From assembly GCA_964057225.1 (NCBI GenBank), contig OZ059895.1, positions 2,790,001 through 2,854,000 on the forward strand: a DNA stretch of 64,000 nucleotides, written 5' to 3'. Below are positions 1 through 11,900 of the stretch, piece by piece; the first letter of the stretch is position 1, and every line of letters starts with the position of its first letter. Source of the stretch: Auanema rhodensis (lineage: Eukaryota > Animalia > Nematoda). The notes beneath the pieces were generated by a model, which searched no databases, had not been told where the DNA came from, and was given only the letters and a program-made list of their open reading frames with translations. The position numbers were made by a program, and so were the translations under genes.

Positions 1-874
1 TTTCCTACGTAGGCTAGTAAAACATGCCCTTCAAAGCATCAGAACATGTGATCACATTCCAATTTTTTTGTATCTATCTTGTAAAGATAGTAATATATCA
101 TATGTTGAACACTATGTTGGAAAGATTTTAATTCAGATTTTCGAACTTTTATTCAGTTTGTTTTTTAAACTTTGATTAAGAACTTTGATTTTTGTACACC
201 CATAAATTATACGCAGCACAGGTTACCCTTAATTAATGAACTGACCGACTAATCAGACATGGATCTTTCCAAGTTCTGTTGCTTGAACGGATGTTTTCCT
301 ACGAAGGCTAGTAAAACATGCCCTTCAAAGCATCAGAACATGTGATCACATTCCAATTTTTTTGTATCTATCTTGTAAAGATAGTAATATATCATATGTT
401 GAACACTATGTTGGAAAAATTTTCATTCAGATTTTTTAATTTTTATTCAGTTTGTTTTTTAAACTTTGATTAAGAACTTTGATTTTTGTTTACCCATAAA
501 TTATACGCAGCACAGGTTACCCTTAAATAATGAACTGACCGACTAATCAGACATGGATCTTTCCTAGTTCTGTTGCTTGAATGGATGTTTTCCTACGTAG
601 GCTAGTAAAACATGCCTTTCAAAGCATCAGAACATGTGATCAAATTCCAATTTTTTTGTATCTATCTTGTAAAGATAGTAATATATCATATGTTGAACAC
701 TATGTTGGAAAGATTTTCGTTCAGATTTTTTAATTTTTATTCAGTTTGTTTTTTAAACTTTGATTAAGAACTTTGATTTTTGTACACCCATAAATTATAC
801 GCAGCACAGGTTACCCTTAAATAATGAACTGACCGACTAATCAGACATGGATCTTTCCAAGTTCTGTTGCTTGA

Positions 875-1107
875 ACGGATGTTTTCCTACGTAGGCTAGT
901 AAAACATGCCCTTCAAAGCATCAGAACATGTGATCACATTCCAATTTTTTTGTATCTATCTTGTAAAGATAGTAATATATCATATGTTGAACACTATGTT
1001 GGAAAGATTTTAATTCAGATCCATAAAATATACGCAGCACAGGTTACCCTTAAATAATGAACTGACCGACTAATCAGACATGGATCTTTCCTAGTTCTGT
1101 TGCTTGA
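875..1107. repeat. 233-bp deletion monomer (62 bp deleted), first of 15 copies
   Basis: Junction TTCAGAT|CCATAAAATATACG at 1020/1021. It lacks the segment equivalent to 1254-1315 of the adjacent 295-bp unit. Junctions lie near 1020, 2431, 3547, 4957, 6368, 7484, 8894, 14728, 16727, 18433, 18961, 21551, 25316, 27907 and 30203. Confidence 0.96.
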
Positions 1108-1402
1108 ATGGATGTTTTCCTACGTAGGCTAGTAAAACATGCCCTTCAAAGCATCAGAACATGTGATCACATTCCAATATTTTTGTATCTATCTTGTAAA
1201 GATAGTAATATATCATATGTTGAACACTATGTTGGAAAGATTTTAATTCAGATTTTTTCAACTTTCACTCAGTTTGTTTTCTAAACTTTGATTGAGAACC
1301 TTGTTGTTTGTACACCCATAAAATATACGCAGCACAGGTTACCCTTAAATAATGAACTGACCGACTAATCAGACATGGATCTTTTCTAGTTCTGTTGCTT
1401 GA

Positions 1403-1696
1403 ATGGATGTTTTCCTACGTAGGCTAGTAAAACATGCCCTTCAAAGCATCAGAACATGTGATCACATTCCAATTTTTTTGTATCTATCTTGTAAAGATAG
1501 TAATATATCATATGTTGAACACTATGTTGGAAAGATTTTAATTCAGATTTTCGAACTTTTATTCAGTTTGTTTTTTAAACTTTGATTAAGAACTTTGATT
1601 TTTGTACACCCATAAATTATACGCAGCACAGGTTACCCTTAATTAATGAACTGACCGACTAATCAGACATGGATCTTTCCAAGTTCTGTTGCTTGA
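1403..1696. repeat. Representative full-length 294-bp monomer (variant 'A': TTTTCGAAC, TTAATTAA)
   Basis: Runs from ATGGATG at 1403 to the next ACGGATG at 1697. The same variant occurs at 2814, 3930, 5340, 6751, 7867, 9277 and many later positions. Confidence 0.97.
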
Positions 1697-4600
1697 ACGG
1701 ATGTTTTCCTACGAAGGCTAGTAAAACATGCCCTTCAAAGCATCAGAACATGTGATCACATTCCAATATTTTTGTATCTATCTTGTAAAGATAGTAATAT
1801 ATCATATGTTGAACACTATGTTGGAAAGATTTTAATTCAGATTTTTTCAACTTTCACTCAGTTTGTTTTCTAAACTTTGATTAAGAACCTTGTTGTTTGT
1901 ACACCCATAAAATATACGCAGCACAGGTTACCCTTAAATAATGAACTGACCGACTAATCAGACATGGATCTTTCCTAGTTCTGTTGCTTGAATGGATGTT
2001 TTCCTACGTAGGCTAGTAAAACATGCCTTTCAAAGCATCAGAACATGTGATCAAATTCCAATTTTTTTGTATCTATCTTGTAAAGATAGTAATATATCAT
2101 ATGTTGAACACTATGTTGGAAAGATTTTCGTTCAGATTTTTTAATTTTTATTCAGTTTGTTTTTTAAACTTTGATTAAGAACTTTGATTTTTGTACACCC
2201 ATAAATTATACGCAGCACAGGTTACCCTTAAATAATGAACTGACCGACTAATCAGACATGGATCTTTCCAAGTTCTGTTGCTTGAACGGATGTTTTCCTA
2301 CGTAGGCTAGTAAAACATGCCCTTCAAAGCATCAGAACATGTGATCACATTCCAATTTTTTTGTATCTATCTTGTAAAGATAGTAATATATCATATGTTG
2401 AACACTATGTTGGAAAGATTTTAATTCAGATCCATAAAATATACGCAGCACAGGTTACCCTTAAATAATGAACTGACCGACTAATCAGACATGGATCTTT
2501 CCTAGTTCTGTTGCTTGAATGGATGTTTTCCTACGTAGGCTAGTAAAACATGCCCTTCAAAGCATCAGAACATGTGATCACATTCCAATATTTTTGTATC
2601 TATCTTGTAAAGATAGTAATATATCATATGTTGAACACTATGTTGGAAAGATTTTAATTCAGATTTTTTCAACTTTCACTCAGTTTGTTTTCTAAACTTT
2701 GATTGAGAACCTTGTTGTTTGTACACCCATAAAATATACGCAGCACAGGTTACCCTTAAATAATGAACTGACCGACTAATCAGACATGGATCTTTCCTAG
2801 TTCTGTTGCTTGAATGGATGTTTTCCTACGTAGGCTAGTAAAACATGCCCTTCAAAGCATCAGAACATGTGATCACATTCCAATTTTTTTGTATCTATCT
2901 TGTAAAGATAGTAATATATCATATGTTGAACACTATGTTGGAAAGATTTTAATTCAGATTTTCGAACTTTTATTCAGTTTGTTTTTTAAACTTTGATTAA
3001 GAACTTTGATTTTTGTACACCCATAAATTATACGCAGCACAGGTTACCCTTAATTAATGAACTGACCGACTAATCAGACATGGATCTTTCCAAGTTCTGT
3101 TGCTTGAACGGATGTTTTCCTACGAAGGCTAGTAAAACATGCCCTTCAAAGCATCAGAACATGTGATCACATTCCAATTTTTTTGTATCTATCTTGTAAA
3201 GATAGTAATATATCATATGTTGAACACTATGTTGGAAAAATTTTCATTCAGATTTTTTAATTTTTATTCAGTTTGTTTTTTAAACTTTGATTAAGAACTT
3301 TGATTTTTGTTTACCCATAAATTATACGCAGCACAGGTTACCCTTAAATAATGAACTGACCGACTAATCAGACATAGATCTTTCCTAGTTCTGTTGCTTG
3401 AATGGATGTTTTCCTACGTAGGCTAGTAAAACATGCCTTTCAAAGCATCAGAACATGTGATCAAATTCCAATTTTTTTGTATCTATCTTGTAAAGATAGT
3501 AATATATCATATGTTGAACACTATGTTGGAAAGATTTTAATTCAGATCCATAAAATATACGCAGCACAGGTTACCCTTAAATAATGAACTGACCGACTAA
3601 TCAGACATGGATCTTTCCTAGTTCTGTTGCTTGAATGGATGTTTTCCTACGTAGGCTAGTAAAACATGCCCTTCAAAGCATCAGAACATGTGATCACATT
3701 CCAATATTTTTGTATCTATCTTGTAAAGATAGTAATATATCATATGTTGAACACTATGTTGGAAAGATTTTAATTCAGATTTTTTCAACTTTCACTCAGT
3801 TTGTTTTCTAAACTTTGATTGAGAACCTTGTTGTTTGTACACCCATAAAATATACGCAGCACAGGTTACCCTTAAATAATGAACTGACCGACTAATCAGA
3901 CATGGATCTTTCCTAGTTCTGTTGCTTGAATGGATGTTTTCCTACGTAGGCTAGTAAAACATGCCCTTCAAAGCATCAGAACATGTGATCACATTCCAAT
4001 TTTTTTGTATCTATCTTGTAAAGATAGTAATATATCATATGTTGAACACTATGTTGGAAAGATTTTAATTCAGATTTTCGAACTTTTATTCAGTTTGTTT
4101 TTTAAACTTTGATTAAGAACTTTGATTTTTGTACACCCATAAATTATACGCAGCACAGGTTACCCTTAATTAATGAACTGACCGACTAATCAGACATGGA
4201 TCTTTCCAAGTTCTGTTGCTTGAACGGATGTTTTCCTACGAAGGCTAGTAAAACATGCCCTTCAAAGCATCAGAACATGTGATCACATTCCAATTTTTTT
4301 GTATCTATCTTGTAAAGATAGTAATATATCATATGTTGAACACTATGTTGGAAAAATTTTCATTCAGATTTTTTAATTTTTATTCAGTTTGTTTTTTAAA
4401 CTTTGATTAAGAACTTTGATTTTTGTTTACCCATAAATTATACGCAGCACAGGTTACCCTTAAATAATGAACTGACCGACTAATCAGACATGGATCTTTC
4501 CTAGTTCTGTTGCTTGAATGGATGTTTTCCTACGTAGGCTAGTAAAACATGCCTTTCAAAGCATCAGAACATGTGATCAAATTCCAATTTTTTTGTATCT

Positions 4601-7600
4601 ATCTTGTAAAGATAGTAATATATCATATGTTGAACACTATGTTGGAAAGATTTTCGTTCAGATTTTTTAATTTTTATTCAGTTTGTTTTTTAAACTTTGA
4701 TTAAGAACTTTGATTTTTGTACACCCATAAATTATACGCAGCACAGGTTACCCTTAAATAATGAACTGACCGACTAATCAGACATGGATCTTTCCAAGTT
4801 CTGTTGCTTGAACGGATGTTTTCCTACGTAGGCTAGTAAAACATGCCCTTCAAAGCATCAGAACATGTGATCACATTCCAATTTTTTTGTATCTATCTTG
4901 TAAAGATAGTAATATATCATATGTTGAACACTATGTTGGAAAGATTTTAATTCAGATCCATAAAATATACGCAGCACAGGTTACCCTTAAATAATGAACT
5001 GACCGACTAATCAGACATGGATCTTTCCTAGTTCTGTTGCTTGAATGGATGTTTTCCTACGTAGGCTAGTAAAACATGCCCTTCAAAGCATCAGAACATG
5101 TGATCACATTCCAATATTTTTGTATCTATCTTGTAAAGATAGTAATATATCATATGTTGAACACTATGTTGGAAAGATTTTAATTCAGATTTTTTCAACT
5201 TTCACTCAGTTTGTTTTCTAAACTTTGATTGAGAACCTTGTTGTTTGTACACCCATAAAATATACGCAGCACAGGTTACCCTTAAATAATGAACTGACCG
5301 ACTAATCAGACATGGATCTTTTCTAGTTCTGTTGCTTGAATGGATGTTTTCCTACGTAGGCTAGTAAAACATGCCCTTCAAAGCATCAGAACATGTGATC
5401 ACATTCCAATTTTTTTGTATCTATCTTGTAAAGATAGTAATATATCATATGTTGAACACTATGTTGGAAAGATTTTAATTCAGATTTTCGAACTTTTATT
5501 CAGTTTGTTTTTTAAACTTTGATTAAGAACTTTGATTTTTGTACACCCATAAATTATACGCAGCACAGGTTACCCTTAATTAATGAACTGACCGACTAAT
5601 CAGACATGGATCTTTCCAAGTTCTGTTGCTTGAACGGATGTTTTCCTACGAAGGCTAGTAAAACATGCCCTTCAAAGCATCAGAACATGTGATCACATTC
5701 CAATATTTTTGTATCTATCTTGTAAAGATAGTAATATATCATATGTTGAACACTATGTTGGAAAGATTTTAATTCAGATTTTTTCAACTTTCACTCAGTT
5801 TGTTTTCTAAACTTTGATTAAGAACCTTGTTGTTTGTACACCCATAAAATATACGCAGCACAGGTTACCCTTAAATAATGAACTGACCGACTAATCAGAC
5901 ATGGATCTTTCCTAGTTCTGTTGCTTGAATGGATGTTTTCCTACGTAGGCTAGTAAAACATGCCTTTCAAAGCATCAGAACATGTGATCAAATTCCAATT
6001 TTTTTGTATCTATCTTGTAAAGATAGTAATATATCATATGTTGAACACTATGTTGGAAAGATTTTCGTTCAGATTTTTTAATTTTTATTCAGTTTGTTTT
6101 TTAAACTTTGATTAAGAACTTTGATTTTTGTACACCCATAAATTATACGCAGCACAGGTTACCCTTAAATAATGAACTGACCGACTAATCAGACATGGAT
6201 CTTTCCAAGTTCTGTTGCTTGAACGGATGTTTTCCTACGTAGGCTAGTAAAACATGCCCTTCAAAGCATCAGAACATGTGATCACATTCCAATTTTTTTG
6301 TATCTATCTTGTAAAGATAGTAATATATCATATGTTGAACACTATGTTGGAAAGATTTTAATTCAGATCCATAAAATATACGCAGCACAGGTTACCCTTA
6401 AATAATGAACTGACCGACTAATCAGACATGGATCTTTCCTAGTTCTGTTGCTTGAATGGATGTTTTCCTACGTAGGCTAGTAAAACATGCCCTTCAAAGC
6501 ATCAGAACATGTGATCACATTCCAATATTTTTGTATCTATCTTGTAAAGATAGTAATATATCATATGTTGAACACTATGTTGGAAAGATTTTAATTCAGA
6601 TTTTTTCAACTTTCACTCAGTTTGTTTTCTAAACTTTGATTGAGAACCTTGTTGTTTGTACACCCATAAAATATACGCAGCACAGGTTACCCTTAAATAA
6701 TGAACTGACCGACTAATCAGACATGGATCTTTCCTAGTTCTGTTGCTTGAATGGATGTTTTCCTACGTAGGCTAGTAAAACATGCCCTTCAAAGCATCAG
6801 AACATGTGATCACATTCCAATTTTTTTGTATCTATCTTGTAAAGATAGTAATATATCATATGTTGAACACTATGTTGGAAAGATTTTAATTCAGATTTTC
6901 GAACTTTTATTCAGTTTGTTTTTTAAACTTTGATTAAGAACTTTGATTTTTGTACACCCATAAATTATACGCAGCACAGGTTACCCTTAATTAATGAACT
7001 GACCGACTAATCAGACATGGATCTTTCCAAGTTCTGTTGCTTGAACGGATGTTTTCCTACGAAGGCTAGTAAAACATGCCCTTCAAAGCATCAGAACATG
7101 TGATCACATTCCAATTTTTTTGTATCTATCTTGTAAAGATAGTAATATATCATATGTTGAACACTATGTTGGAAAAATTTTCATTCAGATTTTTTAATTT
7201 TTATTCAGTTTGTTTTTTAAACTTTGATTAAGAACTTTGATTTTTGTTTACCCATAAATTATACGCAGCACAGGTTACCCTTAAATAATGAACTGACCGA
7301 CTAATCAGACATAGATCTTTCCTAGTTCTGTTGCTTGAATGGATGTTTTCCTACGTAGGCTAGTAAAACATGCCTTTCAAAGCATCAGAACATGTGATCA
7401 AATTCCAATTTTTTTGTATCTATCTTGTAAAGATAGTAATATATCATATGTTGAACACTATGTTGGAAAGATTTTAATTCAGATCCATAAAATATACGCA
7501 GCACAGGTTACCCTTAAATAATGAACTGACCGACTAATCAGACATGGATCTTTCCTAGTTCTGTTGCTTGAATGGATGTTTTCCTACGTAGGCTAGTAAA

Positions 7601-8984
7601 ACATGCCCTTCAAAGCATCAGAACATGTGATCACATTCCAATATTTTTGTATCTATCTTGTAAAGATAGTAATATATCATATGTTGAACACTATGTTGGA
7701 AAGATTTTAATTCAGATTTTTTCAACTTTCACTCAGTTTGTTTTCTAAACTTTGATTGAGAACCTTGTTGTTTGTACACCCATAAAATATACGCAGCACA
7801 GGTTACCCTTAAATAATGAACTGACCGACTAATCAGACATGGATCTTTCCTAGTTCTGTTGCTTGAATGGATGTTTTCCTACGTAGGCTAGTAAAACATG
7901 CCCTTCAAAGCATCAGAACATGTGATCACATTCCAATTTTTTTGTATCTATCTTGTAAAGATAGTAATATATCATATGTTGAACACTATGTTGGAAAGAT
8001 TTTAATTCAGATTTTCGAACTTTTATTCAGTTTGTTTTTTAAACTTTGATTAAGAACTTTGATTTTTGTACACCCATAAATTATACGCAGCACAGGTTAC
8101 CCTTAATTAATGAACTGACCGACTAATCAGACATGGATCTTTCCAAGTTCTGTTGCTTGAACGGATGTTTTCCTACGAAGGCTAGTAAAACATGCCCTTC
8201 AAAGCATCAGAACATGTGATCACATTCCAATTTTTTTGTATCTATCTTGTAAAGATAGTAATATATCATATGTTGAACACTATGTTGGAAAAATTTTCAT
8301 TCAGATTTTTTAATTTTTATTCAGTTTGTTTTTTAAACTTTGATTAAGAACTTTGATTTTTGTTTACCCATAAATTATACGCAGCACAGGTTACCCTTAA
8401 ATAATGAACTGACCGACTAATCAGACATGGATCTTTCCTAGTTCTGTTGCTTGAATGGATGTTTTCCTACGTAGGCTAGTAAAACATGCCTTTCAAAGCA
8501 TCAGAACATGTGATCAAATTCCAATTTTTTTGTATCTATCTTGTAAAGATAGTAATATATCATATGTTGAACACTATGTTGGAAAGATTTTCGTTCAGAT
8601 TTTTTAATTTTTATTCAGTTTGTTTTTTAAACTTTGATTAAGAACTTTGATTTTTGTACACCCATAAATTATACGCAGCACAGGTTACCCTTAAATAATG
8701 AACTGACCGACTAATCAGACATGGATCTTTCCAAGTTCTGTTGCTTGAACGGATGTTTTCCTACGTAGGCTAGTAAAACATGCCCTTCAAAGCATCAGAA
8801 CATGTGATCACATTCCAATTTTTTTGTATCTATCTTGTAAAGATAGTAATATATCATATGTTGAACACTATGTTGGAAAGATTTTAATTCAGATCCATAA
8901 AATATACGCAGCACAGGTTACCCTTAAATAATGAACTGACCGACTAATCAGACATGGATCTTTCCTAGTTCTGTTGCTTGAATG

Positions 8985-11900
8985 GATGTTTTCCTACGTA
9001 GGCTAGTAAAACATGCCCTTCAAAGCATCAGAACATGTGATCACATTCCAATATTTTTGTATCTATCTTGTAAAGATAGTAATATATCATATGTTGAACA
9101 CTATGTTGGAAAGATTTTAATTCAGATTTTTTCAACTTTCACTCAGTTTGTTTTCTAAACTTTGATTGAGAACCTTGTTGTTTGTACACCCATAAAATAT
9201 ACGCAGCACAGGTTACCCTTAAATAATGAACTGACCGACTAATCAGACATGGATCTTTTCTAGTTCTGTTGCTTGAATGGATGTTTTCCTACGTAGGCTA
9301 GTAAAACATGCCCTTCAAAGCATCAGAACATGTGATCACATTCCAATTTTTTTGTATCTATCTTGTAAAGATAGTAATATATCATATGTTGAACACTATG
9401 TTGGAAAGATTTTAATTCAGATTTTCGAACTTTTATTCAGTTTGTTTTTTAAACTTTGATTAAGAACTTTGATTTTTGTACACCCATAAATTATACGCAG
9501 CACAGGTTACCCTTAATTAATGAACTGACCGACTAATCAGACATGGATCTTTCCAAGTTCTGTTGCTTGAACGGATGTTTTCCTACGAAGGCTAGTAAAA
9601 CATGCCCTTCAAAGCATCAGAACATGTGATCACATTCCAATATTTTTGTATCTATCTTGTAAAGATAGTAATATATCATATGTTGAACACTATGTTGGAA
9701 AGATTTTAATTCGGTTTTTTTTCAACTTTCACTCAGTTTGTTTTCTTAACTTTGATTAAGAACCTTGAGTTTTGTACACCCATAAATTATACGCAGCACA
9801 GGTTACCCTTAAATAATGAACTGACCGACTAATCAGACATGGATCTTTCCTAGTTCTGTTGCTTGAATGGATGTTTTCCTACGTAGGCTAGTAAAACATG
9901 CCCTTCAAAGCATCAGAACATGTGATCACATTCCAATTTTTTTGTATCTATCTTGTAAAGATAGTAATATATCATATGTTGAACACTATGTTGGAAAGAT
10001 TTTAATTCAGATTTTTTCAACTTTTATTCAGTTTCTTTTTCAAACTTTGATTAAGAACTTTGATTTTCGTACACCCATAAATTATACGCAGCACAGGTTA
10101 CCCTTAAATAATGAACTGACCGACTAATCAGACATGGATCTTTCAAAGTTCTGTTGCTTGAACGGATGTTTTCCTACGTAGGCTAGTAAAACATGCCCTT
10201 CAAAGCATCAGAACATGTGATCACATTCCAATATTTTTGTATCTATCTTGTAAAGATAGTAATATATCATATGTTGAACACTATGTTGGAAAGATTTTAA
10301 ATCAGATTTTCTCAACTTTCACTCAGTTTGTTTTCTTAACTTTGATTAAGAATCTTGTTGTTCGTACACCCATAAAATATACGCAGCACAGGTTACCCTT
10401 AAATAATGAACTGACCGACTAATCAGACATGGATCTTTCAAAGTTCTGTTGCTTGAACGGATGTTTTCCTACGTAGGCTAGTAAAACATGCCCTTCAAAG
10501 CATCAGAACATGTGATCAAATTCCAATTTTTTTGTATCTATCTTGTAAAGATAGTAATATATCATATGTTGAACACTATGTTGGAAAAATTTTCATTCAG
10601 ATTTTTTAATTTTTATTCAGTTTGTTTTTTAAACTTTGATTAAGAACTTTGATTTTTGTTTACCCATAAATTATACGCAGCACAGGTTACCCTTAAATAA
10701 TGAACTGACCGACTAATCAGACATGGATCTTTCCTAGTTCTGTTGCTTGAATGGATGTTTTCCTACGTAGGCTAGTAAAACATGCCCTTCAAAGCATCAG
10801 AACATGTGATCACATTCCAATATTTTTGTATCTATCTTGTAAAGATAGTAATATATCATATGTTGAACACTATGTTGGAAAGATTTTAATTCAGATTTTT
10901 TCAACTTTTATTCAGTTTCTTTTTCAAACTTTGATTAAGAACTTTGATTTTCGTACACCCATAAATTATACGCAGCACAGGTTACCCTTAATTAATGAAC
11001 TGACCGACTAATCAGACATGGATCTTTCCAAGTTCTGTTGCTTGAACGGATGTTTTCCTACGTAGGCTAGTAAAACATGCCCTTCAAAGCATCAGAACAT
11101 GTGATCACATTCCAATATTTTTGTATCTATCTTGTAAAGATAGTAATATATCATATGTTGAACACTATGTTGGAAAGATTTTAATTCAGATTTTTTCAAC
11201 TTTCACTCAGTTTGTTTTCTAAACTTTGATTGAGAACCTTGTTGTTTGTACACCCATAAAATATACGCAGCACAGGTTACCCTTAAATAATGAACTGACC
11301 GACTAATCAGACATGGATCTTTTCTAGTTCTGTTGCTTGAATGGATGTTTTCCTACGTAGGCTAGTAAAACATGCCCTTCAAAGCATCAGAACATGTGAT
11401 CACATTCCAATTTTTTTGTATCTATCTTGTAAAGATAGTAATATATCATATGTTGAACACTATGTTGGAAAGATTTTAATTCAGATTTTCGAACTTTTAT
11501 TCAGTTTGTTTTTTAAACTTTGATTAAGAACTTTGATTTTTGTACACCCATAAATTATACGCAGCACAGGTTACCCTTAATTAATGAACTGACCGACTAA
11601 TCAGACATGGATCTTTCCAAGTTCTGTTGCTTGAACGGATGTTTTCCTACGAAGGCTAGTAAAACATGCCCTTCAAAGCATCAGAACATGTGATCACATT
11701 CCAATATTTTTGTATCTATCTTGTAAAGATAGTAATATATCATATGTTGAACACTATGTTGGAAAGATTTTAATTCGGTTTTTTTTCAACTTTCACTCAG
11801 TTTGTTTTCTTAACTTTGATTAAGAACCTTGAGTTTTGTACACCCATAAATTATACGCAGCACAGGTTACCCTTAAATAATGAACTGACCGACTAATCAG

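Larger units (their letters stand above)
1..9713. repeat. Higher-order repeat, 3937-bp period (14 monomers = 5+5+4), ~2.5 copies
   Basis: Constant 3937 offset: 1403/5340/9277, 2814/6751, 3402/7339, 3930/7867. The private variants GACATAGATC (3371, 7308) and GATCTTTTCTAG (~1378, ~5315, ~9252) recur at this period. Confidence 0.93.

Noticed and set aside
47-56. TGTGA/TCACA resembling a bacterial CRP site
   Set aside because: The half-sites abut with no 6-bp spacer, and there is no bacterial gene context.
46-90. Sm-site-like AATTTTTTTG/ATTTTTG next to a hairpin, suggesting an snRNA or spliced-leader gene array
   Set aside because: I recognise no U snRNA, SL, 5S or tRNA sequence and no suitably placed splice donor, and T-runs are abundant in this monomer. 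An Rfam/Infernal hit or capped small-RNA reads would be needed to revive it.
112-128. CENP-B-box-like CTATGTTGGAAAGATTT
   Set aside because: It shares GTTGGAAA with YTTCGTTGGAARCGGGA but lacks the essential TTCG and CGGG residues, including both CpGs.
1-294. Monomer as a direct dimer of two 147-bp halves
   Set aside because: The halves do not align at a 147-bp offset by eye. The direct internal similarity is at ~80 bp and ~13-24 bp offsets.
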